DNA of 63,950 bases, counting the filler, from Choristocarpus tenellus KU-1152 (taxonomy: Eukaryota > Protista > Phaeophyceae): NCBI GenBank assembly GCA_964200185.2. It is 12 parts of 12 records of this genome, joined end to end, with 100 filler letters (N's around TTAATTAATTAA, not from the genome) between each part and the next. Parts side by side here need not be neighbours in the genome. Positions count along the whole stretch, not along the records: positions 38,713 to 41,730 come from CAXNAD020022907.1; positions 41,831 to 45,248 come from CAXNAD020020165.1; positions 45,349 to 53,955 come from CAXNAD020004535.1; positions 54,056 to 63,950 come from CAXNAD020003301.1; 8 more parts are not named here. One strand, 5' to 3'. The translations under genes and the position numbers were made by a program. This document shows positions 40,551 to 54,354 of this stretch, piece by piece. The notes beneath the pieces were generated by a model, which worked only from the letters and a program-made list of their open reading frames with translations, was not told the origin of the DNA and made no database searches. Numbering within the stretch: position 1 is the first letter of the stretch; every line of letters starts with the position of its first letter.

Positions 40551-41013
40551 AGATGAGGAGGGTATTGCAGTGCTGAGGTGCCAGAGTTGAACAACCGAAT
40601 CATGTAAGAGAGACCTTAGAGGGAAGAAGTTACAACATGACTCTTCCCCCAACCTACCCACAAACTCCCATCACTGCACCCCTCCCCTCTATCGACTTTT
40701 CAGCCTGTGAGAGCATTGCCTTCCCTTGTGGTACACACATGTTTTCTACTTTTTGAACGAATTTTGGCACTGCCGTGGTGAAAATGGTTTTCCTCCCAAT
40801 GTTTCATCTTTATCTAGGTTGGTTTGTACTCTTTTAGGCAAATGCTTTTCTAAACATTTTCTTTCTTCTTTTTGTGTAGATATTTTTCCACATGAGTTAG
40901 TCTGACAAACGTACCTGACACTAGCTAGACCTGTCATATATGTCACGCTGCCCAAGCGTTTGTGAAAAGTACACTTGTTTCTTTAAGTGTCTTTCTTGTT
41001 TATAGGTTACGGA

Positions 41014-41282
41014 GAGTGAAAGTATCTTAGAGGGTACGAGTTTTGCCCTGTTTGTCCGTTTGGGGCTTGGCTTCCCGTGCATTTTTTAGTAATATTTTCC
41101 TGCTCCAAGATGTTTCGGAGTACGTAAAATGTATACCCTAACCCTTAATGAAAAGTTGTGTACGGAATAAGGATATTGACAGGTTTTAATTCATATGATA
41201 GTCAAAATGACATCAAAATCGCAACGTTGGAGTTTGGCCCCCCAAGTGGACGTGGCTCAACCCAAAATGTATACTTTGGCTC
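41014..41282. mobile_element. MITE family A, older copy
   Basis: Left TIR intact, right TIR degenerate, body matches 14676-14933; no TSD recognisable. Confidence 0.88.
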
Positions 41283-41469
41283 AGTGACAAAGTTTCGGAG
41301 GTTCTTGTTGTGGCAAGTCCTTAGGTATGAAGCACAAGGTCAATTTAGTTTTGTCTTGCTCCGTTGAATTCACGGATAAGAAAGGCATTGCGAAATTTCT
41401 GCTATAGTAGTGCTGGGTAGAATTCTTAAGTTATATATCTACAGAGATACTAAGAGAGTTTCTCCTCCA

Positions 41470-41727
41470 GAGTGAAAGTATCTTAGAGGGTACGAGTTTT
41501 TCCCTGTTTGTCCATTTGAAGCTTGGCTTCCCATGGTGTTTTTTATGATATTTTCCTATTCCAAAGCGTTTAGGAGTAGGTAAAATATGTACGTTATGAA
41601 AAGGTGTGTCTAAAACATAGATCTTGACATTTCCTAACAAACGCGATAGCCAAAATTATATCAAAATCACATCATTGGATTTTGACCCCCAAAAGGACCC
41701 GCTCTACCCTCTAAGATACTTCGGCTC
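41470..41727. mobile_element. MITE family A, complete, TSD TCCA / TCC(gap)
   Basis: Both TIRs present; right flank cut by the spacer after 3 matching bases. Confidence 0.92.
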
Positions 41728-42243
41728 TCCNNNNNNNNNNNNNNNNNNNNNNNNNNNNNNNNNNNNNNNNNNNNTTAATTAATTAANNNNNNNNNNNNNN
41801 NNNNNNNNNNNNNNNNNNNNNNNNNNNNNNGGGTAGACTGAAGTGAGAGTGTGGGGGGGGGGGGAGCAGCGAGATGGGGGGTGGGGGCAATACAGGTTGG
41901 TGGGGGCAGTTCCAAAAAAAGGGAATAACTGACACAAGAGGGATTGGTGAAAAAAAATTATGGAACAGCAAGTCCTCACAAATGGAACGGGTGGGTTGGG
42001 GTGGAGTCGAGTAAACTCAGTACAGGGGGTACTTGAGCTCAGCAAGCGACCAGCACGGTGCCAAAAACCGCGCAAGGGAGTTCACCAAGTAGCCGGAAAA
42101 ACCAACGGACTTGACAGTTTCTACATTACTACCACACACCCCAGACAACCAAATACTCACTACTAGCATTAGCCGAGAGAGTTCAACGATCCAAATCCTG
42201 TGATGTTTCCTATCCACAACAAAATTATGGGGGTGGGCCACTT

Positions 42244-42771
42244 ACCCTGTAAAGGCCGAGTCTACATGGTCTACAAGTCTGTTGCCTAGCACTTCTTAGA
42301 CTTGCTCCTGGCATCTGTGCTATCGGGGTGATGCTCGGCACCATTTTCCCTATGACATCTATTGTACAGAGAGGACCTTTGTGGCCATTTTTTAAAAATA
42401 GTATTAGTACTATTGCTTCCAATAATAGTAATTCAACGAGGAAGTGAAAAAAAATATATGTAAGAAAGAAGAAACACTTGTAAAACAGAACAAAAACACG
42501 TCATCGTCCAAGATAATACTTCCTCCTAACTTCTGCTGTTCAGCAAGGCCCACGGCCTTTTCAGTCTGTAGCATCCAGTGTCCAGAAAGATGCTCGGGCA
42601 ACTGCTCTGTAGCACCCTTCATCCGGAAGAAAACTTTGCAATCTACAGTGCCAAAACCCCCCTTCAAGTTGTGATATGCACGTATGTCATTTGTCTGAAG
42701 AATTGAAGTACACTTCTTCCAAGAACTGGGGGCGCAGCTGACATTACATAATACATACGTAATACATACAT

Positions 42772-42803
<32 letters not shown>

Positions 42804-43990
42804 GGGGGGGAAGGGGCAAGGAGGACTGTATCCCGAAAGGAAGCACACCCTCCTTTCCTTTGACAGTGTTACCTAAGACTGAAGACGCTTTACGCGTCAC
42901 ATAGCTCTTTGTGTACGCCACAGAATTGATCCCCTCCACCAGGCTCTGCACTATTTCTTCCTCTCCTACCAGCGGAGTAGACAACGGCTCTCCAGACCGC
43001 CCTTGACGCACCACCCTGGAGGCACAGATACACAGACATAGTGTTGTAACTGCTACAGAGTAAACACAGTACATATTTAACAGGACGTATTTGTAGTGAT
43101 GGTACTGGAGTCACTACCAGGGAGCGGCCGGGGTCTTCCTCTGAGTGCACATGAAGAGGGAGTGGTCCAAAAAATCACTTGGTTCGTTCCTATCGATACA
43201 CTTGATTTGATTTCAACATTCCATTATTGCCAGGAGGCAAAGATCCGTTATACCACAATGTGGGCTGGGGGGGGGGGGGCTGGTGGTGGAGGGATGTTCT
43301 TCAACCGGCTCTTTTGGATGTGGAGGAGAGGAACAGGGTGATACATCGAGAGCTTCGGGGATCTGTTTAGAAGGGGGTTTTATAGAGTAGTACTTGATAT
43401 TCTGCGATTCAATAGCCCTTTGCACTTGATCCAGTATCTACCTGGTTTTTGGCAAACAAAAAACCTATCTTGAGAGCTCCATTCCCATTCCCACGCGAAG
43501 GTGTCACACTACAGTTCGTAACGCTTCATTTCATGTTTGAGATAGTACATGAAGTACAGTTACATACAGTTACATACGAATCACAAACAAAAATGGCCGA
43601 TCGTGACAGTCCGTAAGCCACGCCGCACTCATCTTGCCGTATATTGCACACACTAAACCAGCACATTTGTTCTCTCCCCAGGCCCCCTACAATCATCTAC
43701 TCCTTGGGGGCGACCTTCTGTTCTAAAATTTAGAAGTCACAAATTAAGGTGTGATCCCCTCCTCCCCAATAACTGGAAGAACTCCTACACGCCTTCCTCA
43801 CCTCAGGCCAGCGGGTTCGTCACTGATAATGATAGACAGTTTGCCAGCAGTAACAAGATTCAAATCATTATCAAGGTTCTCCCAAACCACATCTACCCCA
43901 AGCTCAGACTGTGTCACCAAGACTGGCCTCTCCCCACTGCGCATCATGGTCGATTCTCCCTTACGTAGGGTCTTGACGGGACACATCACA
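42244..43990 (-). CDS. Unknown multi-exon gene fragment
   Basis: Several open blocks with splice-like borders (e.g. ...VDVVWENLDNDLNLVTAGKLSIIISDEPAGL; ILDQVQRAIESQNIKYY; EEEIVQSLVEGINSVAYTKSYV); exact structure uncertain. Confidence 0.45.
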
Positions 43991-46841
43991 GGCAAGGGTT
44001 TTGCAAAAGGATGGCGCGTGAAACGTGGATGGGTGGGGGATGTGGGAGGGGGGGGGGGGAGAATTAGAACGGACAAGACCAGACCGTCAGTTTATGAATA
44101 GATCCCACCATAGGGATAGGGGTGAAGTGGGGACTGAAAGAGGAGTAGGTGGGCCTAAAAGGGAATTCGGGTCAATCCATGCAAGAAGGAGAGAAGAAAC
44201 AGGTGATAGTGATTGATCAATATATGGGTCTTGCAACAAACCTATGAAGTGTGGGTATGGGTGTGAGTGTACAAAAAAAAAAATGACTATAAAAATATCA
44301 ATTACCCGATATAATGTTTCAAGGAAAAATCTTTCCTTATCGGATCTTGGTTCGCAATCTTCTCCGTGGAGGGTTGGTTCTTGGGTCTGAGGTTCCAGAA
44401 AGAGGTACTAGATCTAAGTCCCATTGTGGGTCCCAGGTCTGGATCTAAGGTGAAGTCCAGTCACAAGTACACGTACAGTTAAACGTCTGAGTCCGCAACA
44501 GTATGGAGGTCCCTGAGTTGGACCTACCGTTGTGTGTGTACTAGAGAAGGTACGAGTGCGTGTCCAGTCCAGTCCTGAACCCTTTACTTCAAATGTACCT
44601 AGGTGCGGCCCTGCTTCTATAGTGTTCTGCCTTTCAAAAATTGTACATGTAAAAGTACATGTGACAGGCAATGTGGTAGTACAAAAAAAGCTTCCAGCAC
44701 ACAGGTCGGTAACATCCAATCTTGACACTGCAGCTATTGCTCTTCAATACTGCTATTGATACTGCTACTGTACAACTGAGGAATGAACCAAGGTAGGACC
44801 CGCCCCTCCCAGCTTGCCACTTGAGGAAAGGAGGACATCCACGGCAACAGAAGATTCCACAACAAATTCACTATCATCAAGTGTAGCAAGATACCCAACC
44901 GTAACCCTAACCCTACCCTAACCATACTATTGGCAAGGCGTTGGTGGCACAAACATCAAGTTCATAAAAATTTCACACACGTTCTGTTCAGCATCGGTTC
45001 AAACAGTATCTTGGGTAAATATCAGAAGGCATTTCTTGCAACTTTTTTTTTGCAGCAGGAGGCGTAGAAAAAAAAGGTAGACTTACGAGTCGAATTTTGC
45101 CAATACTTTAGGGTATACCTCACAATGACCAGAAGAATGGGTTTTTTTGCAAGGCCTCCAAAAAAATAGAGATATGATAATAGATCGCCTTGTACATCAG
45201 GAGGAGGGGGGGGGGGGGGCATCTCTTTTACTGTGGGGAGATGGGAAGNNNNNNNNNNNNNNNNNNNNNNNNNNNNNNNNNNNNNNNNNNNNTTAATTAA
45301 TTAANNNNNNNNNNNNNNNNNNNNNNNNNNNNNNNNNNNNNNNNNNNNGAGGTCAATGACTCCCAAAAAAGGGAGGTTGAACTTGAGCCCCAACCGCTTT
45401 TGCTGGACACAAAAAAAATATTATTCCCCCCCCCCCCCCCCAACAGCAAAGAAGAGGCACAATGCAAAAAATAAGTTTTGTTAGGGTTAGGGGGGGAGGG
45501 GGGGGGGGCGTATACGGAATAGATGGATCAGGAGGTTGAGTAGCATGGCATGATGAACTGATACGTGGTCTAGAGAGCGCAGCAGGATAGGGGAGGTAAG
45601 AAAAGGTAAGGTAAGGTAAGGTAAGGAGGGTGGTGGTGGGGCAGACAACATAGTACACAGAGGTAAATTAGAAAAAAATGGCGTTGGGGATGTAAAATAC
45701 TGGGTCAGCATCACAGGCGTGAATAAAAAAATGTTTATTATTTGTATATTATTTTATTTGTTTTGTCAGCGGCGATTATTTGCGCTGAGATGTACACTGC
45801 ATTCACACAAGGCCCAGAAGTTACAAAAGCAATCTTTACAGGCCGGTTCAACATGACTTCTCTCCCATGCCCCCCCCTCCCCTGCAGATGAGATACACAA
45901 ATTGAGCCAGCGAGAACGGGTAACGCCTCAGGAATCAGGAAAACCAAAGCTTTACAAGAAATTTAGGCGATGGAGTGCTCTACAAACAATCATCTTAAAC
46001 AAGGGCACGGGCAGGAGGATGGACGGGTGAATCAAAACCATGGTTGGTGTGAGATCACCCATTTTTACTCAAAAGACATAGTACAATGTAGATGCAATTT
46101 GTGAGCAGCAATGGAGGTTGCCAGATGAGATTTTCCCATCACAAAAGCTCCAGATTTTTCTTAAAAAAGCTGCTGGATTTTACTAAATATTGGAGCATGC
46201 GACCACTCTGACCTAGATAAAAAAAAGAAAAGAAGGGTATAGAGAAAACCCGTCTTCACTGGGATCATTTTAATTAGATTGTACCGCCTGCTGTTGAAAC
46301 TAAGTCAGGGCAAAGTGGAGTATCTTGGCAGCTGCTTGAATCAAAGCACAGAGACAAATCATTGGCAAGAGTCCCAACCAATCCCAACGACAATCCATCC
46401 TGTTCTCGCCTTTTGGAGTTTCGCCTCTCTTGCCCCCAAAAACAAATTTCATTTCACAAAGTGATTGAACCAATAATCCACTCGTACATCAGCCCTCCAC
46501 AATAAAACTTGGCTCCTCACACAGCCCCTCCCCTCCCTTGTTCCCCCACAACCACAATCTATTTCCACCTGTCACTACATACCACCACCACTTACCAGGA
46601 TCATACAAAAACCAAAACTTGCTTAACATACTGCTTCATGCACAAGGGTCAAATTTCGACATTTCAAAAATTAGTGTATTAGTGTCCTTCTGTAACTGCT
46701 AACGATCATCAAGGAAGTGCTTTCATTCTTCAAACCATGATGACCATATATATATGTATATGAATATCTGTATGTACATTCCATTCAATAGTACAGTCCC
46801 TTCAGTCGAGCATGTGTGCTGCAGGTGCACTCTCTTCTCAC

Positions 46842-49175
46842 CTCTGTCCCCATGACCTGCTGAAGGATGGGGTCGATGGTCATGCCCACAGCATACGCCC
46901 CAGCCACAGCAAAGTAGACCGCAAGAAGAGTGTTCACCAGGTCCTTATCAAAGAACTGTTCCAGCAAAACAATAACAATAAAAAACATTTACAGACACAA
47001 AACACAAAGAGACAGGAACATCGGCGCGCGTGCTTAGGATTCCAAGGGTTCCGAGACATTCTTATCTACATGGAATACTACTGCAACAAATAAGGCAAAG
47101 GCAATGAAGAAATCCCCCCCTTTCCCAAAAAATTAATATATGGTAGAACATAAAACCGTAACCCTGCCTACGCACTCACCCTTATCACTACAAACAAGCA
47201 ACGAGAGTCTTTGGAGCAGGGGATTCCACACTACAAAAGGGAGGGCACGAGTCTCAGGGTTGGGGGGAACGGGGAGTACTCCTTCCCATCTTGTCTATCA
47301 GAAAGGCCTCCAACCGGAGACAAGACACAGATGCCACTTCTACACAGGCAGTTCCTGACCGCTATCGAACAATTATGACCGCCTAGATCTCGCACCCAGT
47401 TTAGTCTACAAGCATTGGTTCTTGTTCGACGGAAGATATTTCAACTGGGACAATATGATACTCTAGTTACCAAAGGTTACAAGGTGTCAAGATAAATGAG
47501 AATTTGCCCACTGTACCATCCAGTCACACCGTTACTTTGACACAAGAATCAGTATGTTCACACGGGGTACGTAAGGGGGGAGGGGAGGAAAAACAGGTCC
47601 ATTTGCCTCATCACCTTGAACATGAGGTAAAGGCTGAACAGAACAGCACTCCCGATCAAAGGGAACTGCATGGCATCCTCCTTGGAAAGTGTTTCTGACT
47701 GCAAGTGGATGGTGAGGTTCGGTTGGGTAATATTAAGCCAATCGCACATGGACAAAGCCCAGGGTACAAGGGGAGTCTCAAATACCCACAATACATACAC
47801 AAAAATGTAGGCAATGAGCAACAGAAGAGGATGGGAAAAACTGGTATTATGGCATATGATAAACAAAATTCCCACCCCCTGGCCAGCAGTGCTCACCAAG
47901 AGGCAATTTATCCTCCACCTCTCTTTCACAGTACCATAGGTGCGTCATCCCAAGCCCCATAAAAATGAGTGTAATCTCACAGGGAACCAATTAGCAACCT
48001 TTATCAGAGCTATATGATTTTATAATTCCAAGATATCGTATGCACAGGTATAACATGCTCCCTATAACGTAAGATCTACCTCGTTTGTCAAAATTTTCCC
48101 CCTCTCATTCCCACCACACTGCAAGCTCTTGAGATATTGCTCGACTATGTAGAGTACTGAACCAACTCCACTGTCTCCAACTTTGTATCATATCAGTACT
48201 AACAATCCTCTTCAGTCAGCACTCTATAGTACAACAGTAGTGGTCATCAAGTCGTTCCTTGTCACTATCATCTGGAAAATAAACACCCAACACATCCCCA
48301 TCCTCTACCCTGCACCTGCAAACATTGACAGAACAAACACAAGAGGAAACCTAATACCCATCCTAATGCAGACTGTTGGTGGTGTCCCCCATCAACTTCT
48401 ACTAGACCTCAGCTCTCACTTCGGAAAATCAGGGGAACATCAAAAATGCACTGGCTTGTTCAGTGATGCGTACAAAACTTGACACAACACTAATCATGAA
48501 AAATACCCAAAGAAGATGAGTTCAGAGTCAAGGGAAGGAGAAATGTGACCATAATAGCAGAGGTGAACAGTGAACACAAACCAGAATGAAGGAAACAAGC
48601 AGAAAAGGACAGCCATTGATTGGTTATGAATGCACATATGTATGTCCTCACATCCATTGCCTCTGAGCTGGACTTATCCCTCAGGCGGAGAGACCGGTGG
48701 CAGCCAATGTACATGATGAGGGCACTTGTACCAATCAAATTCACTGGCAGGGGTACCTTTACAACAGGGAGTTTAGGTTTGTTTGCTGGTACGTGGAAAT
48801 ATATGCCCATCCTTCATGTTTCGCACTACCAGAACACACTAATTCGCACATTGGAGCAAGAGAAACCATTGCCTCATCAATTTGGCGTTCTACCACAATG
48901 ACAGAGACAACAGGTCAAGGAGAATCATGCAAGCCGTAATTCAATGTTGCAGGACGAACTAGTCGCGTGAGGAAGTACTGCCGTGTATTTCTACTCGAGG
49001 GGAAGGAGAAAGACTATTTGAAATACAGGGTATAGATCGATGCAAACGAATTACAACGTATCCTGCGTGCTGGAAGTGGGTCGACTCGGTAGAACAACAC
49101 GAACCTACCAGCACTCACCAGCACAAATTGGCAAAGAGTCCACAGGCCGAAGAGGGCAACATAGCTCGCAAGCAT
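46842..49175 (-). CDS. SPP: Signal peptide peptidase (HM13/SPP, peptidase A22B), N-terminal exons 49175-49119, 48756-48652, 47698-47615, 46955-46842
   Basis: IMYIGCHRSL, ETLSKEDAMQFPLIGSAVLFSLYLMFK|FFDKDLVNTLLAVYF are typical of SPP; the start codon is uncertain and the catalytic YD/GxGD exons were not found. Confidence 0.9.
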
Positions 49176-50224
49176 GACGGGGTTTACACTTCCCACTTGA
49201 CAAGGAGCAAGGCGGAGGGGACAAGGTGGGCTTGACTCAAAATGTGGCTACTATCTACACGGAGTGCAAGGACCACATGGGATTACTGCTGGTGAAAACC
49301 TTTTCTGCTAATACTGAGACGTACCACAGCGACTTTCGGTATATATAGAATGCCTGCGTACCACCAGCGGAGTGTTTGAGAAGGCACGTAGAAAAAAGGT
49401 AAGCAATCATAGCCATCAGAGGCAGAGAAGGTGTCGTGACAGGTGTTTGGGTCATCCATAGGTCAAGAAAAGGTCACAATCTTAATTTATATTTGTGCTT
49501 GCTACTATTCGCAACATATGATCCCCAAGTCGAACAGGTAATTGCCTTGCGTTCCGCACAAGTGTCGACTATGATTTATTGTTATGATTCGTCGTGTTCG
49601 GTTGACCATCTCGTTCACTCTTCGTGAAATCACCTCTAACAACCCAGATATTGATTCCAAGGCTCAAATATAATGCGCTCTAACTGTTGGGTCCCTTACG
49701 ATACCGCCTAATTGAGCCATCATGGGTGATATTCATCTCTGCCTAAAACAAATACCTCCACCCTCGCGCGACCATCACTTCTCAGAGGCAACTGGCTAAC
49801 AGGCGACGAAACTTGGTATATTGATGACTTCATCCCCTCACTCACCCATTATTAATAGTAGGCCGTCCGCCCGTGTCCTGAAATCACAAGGCTGTCACCT
49901 GTAGAGGTTTCAGACAAGATGTTTAAATAGGTCTAAGCTCATATCTCGTATTCATGGACATATTAATCCTAACAAAAAACGCCTGCCCAGTAACGCGCGT
50001 GCGGCTCTGAGTGCTCCATGTGTCAGTGACTGAAAACGATTTCAACAACCTGTTGCAATCCCCACCCATTTCACTCAGCTAAAGTCTGCTTAAGGTGAAG
50101 TTTCCATCGAGGATCGAAGTAATCTCATTGACTACAACAATCTCTCTTCTGCCTATATCATATCTAGTCCAAAAGGGTGGGTGAACTGTCGCTCCTTGAC
50201 AGGCACATCTTAGCAGGGTAGAAA

Positions 50225-52025
50225 ATGTGGGGTGGAGTGCACGGGTTAGTGGCCCTTGGAGGCCTAACGCTCGCCACGGCAGCGCCATCGTCCGTTTTTG
50301 GCCATGCACCAGTACCTAGTAACCACTGGGTGAGTAAAGCCATCTCGGTAAGGGGAGGGGCGGACGCTGCTCCTGAACAGACAGAGATCTTGACGGAGGT
50401 GCAACTGGCAAGGGCATCGTTCAAAGACATCTTGGGGGACAAACTATTGACTGTAGATAACGCCAAGAAAGGGACCACCAAGGAGGTGATTGGATGTGAT
50501 GCACAGTCATGACTTGTGGAGACCAGAGCATTCGGTTTTCACCAGTTGCGGTATTGAGGGGTGGTCGAGGATGGTCTATTATGTTGTTGGGCTTGGGACT
50601 GGACATCCTACCACAGTTAGTCGTGTCGCCAGATGAAAATCGCATTAGAGGAGTTGTTTTGTTTGGCGTGGCTAATTGTTGTCTCGGATCTTACTGTTGG
50701 CTTGGTTCTCGTGTGCCGTCTCCTTGAAGTTGATCGATGGTGACCCATTTTCGATTTCCTACTAAAAGCGTGTGACATCAAACATCCCAGCTGCCACTGA
50801 CAACTCTCCTTATTCCCACTATCACCCTATCTCGGTAGTGACAAATTCCATCTGCATGTTGACCTCTGCCCTTACTTGATATTGATGTTCTCTGCAGGTT
50901 TCCACGAAGGAAACCCTCGATGGCAAGCACACTGCAATATACTTCTCCAGCAAGGCTGTCGAAGAGCAGCTTGAGAAGGCGTCGCAGGGGCAGGAGACGG
51001 TTCGACCTACGCCAGTTGTCAAAGAGGTGAGTCCTCATCCCCTCTCCACCACAATACAATCTCTCCTTCCTGTTAACGGTATTTTTCCTGCCGCCTTCGC
51101 TGCGCGCAAGACATTCTCGACAATCCAAATCCTGCATGGTGTCAACTATGATTGAAAATTGTCTCGACTGACGCAGCACCTTCATGGACTCAGTTCATTC
51201 TGCCGCCATGGATAAGACCCCTCGACATTCCACTGACACCCTTGTTCCTAGACACTGTAATGGGACGATATCAATCTGTCTGCTGCATCTATCCATCCAA
51301 CAACCGTGTCTTCTACATAGATGCGACTTCTACTAACCATCTATTTTCCTATTTCACACACACACATACCTGTTGATAGGCATACAACAAGGCGCTTGCT
51401 TCTGGGAAGGAGTTGGAAGTTGTGTATGTTCCTGTTGCTGATGCAGAGGAGGTATGTGTGTTGATAGTGCCATAGGATGTGTATTATTAGTAGTCTCCCC
51501 TCACACCTCTTTGCATTTGTGTTTGTAGCCCTCAAAGATGTGGAGTGTGGCAAAATGATCTCTCCGTAGTTGGTGGGGCTATGGCACACAAGGCCCAATC
51601 TCTCAGTCCTTGGTTTCCATAGATTGAGCACCTTCTGGATTAGGGTGCAAGCAAAAATAGACCAGACTACATGTCTTGAGTGTCAAGTAAAAAGACTTGC
51701 CGTTGTCGCTCAAGAAGCATTTCAATAAAGCGATAGCAGCGGCCAGATGTGTACAGTGGAGTCTGGACCATCTTTTTCTTCCCGTTGCACAGTTCACAAA
51801 ATGCCATGCCACCCTCCTCCATGCCTTGAACCCTAACCCTATCAACTTCAAAACCTTCGACCTGCTCGCACACTGATTGGTTACTCTGAAACTGTGAAGG
51901 CATACATCGACCAGTTCAAGGACATGCCCTGGAAGGGGATTGTTCACAGCAATGCCACTATTGCAAACCTCATCCGCAAGGCAGAGATCAGAGTGCTTCC
52001 AGCTGTGTTGGTTCTTGACGAGCAG
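50225..52025 (+). CDS. Nucleoredoxin/tryparedoxin-like thioredoxin-fold protein with N-terminal targeting leader and no CxxC; exons 50225-50485, 50898-51026, 51380-51451, 51900-52025; 3' partial
   Basis: Phase-0 splicing gives ILGDKLL...LDGKHTAIYFSS...PTPVVKE|AY...ELEVVYV...F.DMPW...VLPAVLVLD, the nucleoredoxin scaffold. Confidence 0.85.
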
Positions 52026-54055
52026 GTGAGGGGCTGTCTCAGAGACATTAGTTTAGTTGTGGGATATTAGGTTGAGGCCTTTAAAATAGGCTGTATGCTG
52101 TTGCGGTGCTGTACTACTTCAAACCGTCCTGAGCAACCATTCTGTTGTTGGACCTTGAATCTGGTGTGAACCAAATATGATATTTCCAGCGGTACTTCGT
52201 GGATGCTGTTGGACATTGGTGTTCCCGCGTTGTACCTTGGTGGCTTCTTCAAGCAATCTTATGGTAGATTAGAACACCTGAAATGGGTGAACGCACCTCT
52301 TACGTAGATGGGTCGTCTAAACCTTGCTCGAGGTCTGGTGTTCCTTCATATCTACGGCAAGGTATGGCTAGAAGTGCTTTGGTTATCTTCTGCGAGTGGG
52401 TGAAGAAGTCGATTCTGATGCTGTTTTTTTGTATCAAAGCCTATGTTCTTGTTTGATTTAGTTTTTTATTTTAATGAGGAATGAGTCGAGGGATGTTGCT
52501 GTGCAGGACAGGCTGACTGACTGAAGTTGTTGATGCCCCATGTGTTGGTGTTGCTCAGTGTTGTTGATGTTTCTGTTGTGGTTGAGTTCTGTTTTCGTTG
52601 TCTTCAATCTTTTACAAACTACCAACCCCCAGCCTCGCATATTACTCGTATTGTTTTGTAGGCTGGGGGTGAAAGGGTTTGTTAATATGTGTCGAAGCCT
52701 GCGCTGATAAAATTCTGTCTGGTTGATCTGAAGTCATGAACACAGAGGGCCCAAATCAGACCTGACCAATATGTTACCTTCCAAGTTTGGTGTGAGAAGG
52801 AATGAGAGGGACACAGAAGTCCAGTGGGCAAGGACCACTTTATTGAAAGAGAGTGCTTGGAATGTGTAGTGGTGACCCTCCACAAGCTTTTTTTGTAGTA
52901 TCCTAAGTGAGCACTGGTGACAGATCCTATTGCCTATTCAGTCTGAGGCAGCCTGTGTTTCTTCACCAGAAGTGCAGACCTATACATAGTTTTGTAGTCG
53001 GTGATTGGGGATTGAAGGAGTGCCTTGGTGCAGTTGGAGTGTTGCTGGGTAGGAATGCCAGGTACTTTTGTATGACCCAGAGTAGTAGAGTTTGCCTACT
53101 CTGTAGATAGATTAAAAGGGTCTCAAGTGACTACAGAGGTATATTGTGTTCTTAGTGACCCATGGAAACTGTGTAGGTGTGCATCAATGGTGGAGTTCTT
53201 CGTGGATTATCTGAAATGATTACAAGACAGTAACCTTGTTAACTCAACCTCAGAAGTCCATTCCTTTTTGGTTAGTAGTGCATTTGGAAGTCGGGTATCT
53301 AAGTGGTGTGATAGCACCTACAATAATAAAGTTCTGCATGGGTGATGGTCTCTGGAAGGACTTTTTTTCTTCAAGTTCCTCTTTATCTGAGCAATACAAA
53401 CATAGCTTTTTTATAGAGTATTTGTAGGGCGTTGAGGGCAGGTTGTACGAGTATTTTCAGCAAATGAAAGCATACAAAGCATGTTTTGTGTGAATGATGT
53501 GAAGCGATTTATGCTGTATCAAGACAAATGCACCACACACGGTATGTTTTTTAATACTTTTGTGAGTTGGTGTGGGAATTTTCAGCCATGATGAATTTTC
53601 TGTGTGGATCTTTGTGTGAATACAAAACATAAACACGGTCCCATTGGCGAGAAACCCCATCCCTTCTTGTGCAGTGCATGTGTTGGCATGGGAAGGTGGT
53701 GTTTGTTCATGCCTGTAGTGATTTAGAAACACATATATTGTAAGTGTTAAGTGGCATTGAATATTTCCCGATTTTTTCTTGGATGGTGTTGGCAATGTGA
53801 GGTGGGAGTTGCTGCAATGATGAAGTTTCTGTTTGGATGATCTGAAAGGATTACAAAACAAGAACCTCCTACTCACTCTGAGCAGTTCATTCCCTTCCAT
53901 ATTTGGTTCAGGATAGGTTGGGGGGGAGGAGTGTGATAGGAGAAAGATACCAATANNNNNNNNNNNNNNNNNNNNNNNNNNNNNNNNNNNNNNNNNNNNT
54001 TAATTAATTAANNNNNNNNNNNNNNNNNNNNNNNNNNNNNNNNNNNNNNNNNNNN

Positions 54056-54137
54056 GCAAACCAAAAAAAAAAAAAACGAAAAAAGGGGGAAAACCAGATG
54101 CCGGCACCCCCCCCCCCCCCCATAGATACTTTGTCCC
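54056..54137. mobile_element. MITE family C-like terminus
   Basis: polyC-ATAGATACTTTGTCCC at contig edge. Confidence 0.55.
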
Positions 54138-54354
54138 TGTAACATGAACAAAACCGTTGCTTCTGTGTCATGAAAGTTCTACCTTGTGCAAGTATGTCCC
54201 CAAATCATGATCCTGAAGCACTCGACCAGACTGGATCGAGCCGCCCCTATGCAGTCCTCTTTGCCGCTCTTACCGCTCTTTACCGGCCCCTATCCAGTTT
54301 CATATCAAGCTACCATTGCACCTTATGCTCTCTCTCTCTCTCTCTCTCTTTAAG

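Noticed and set aside
42244-42320. Kinesin-like QEQV*EVLG..LVD stretch
   Set aside because: Contains a stop, and no P-loop exon follows
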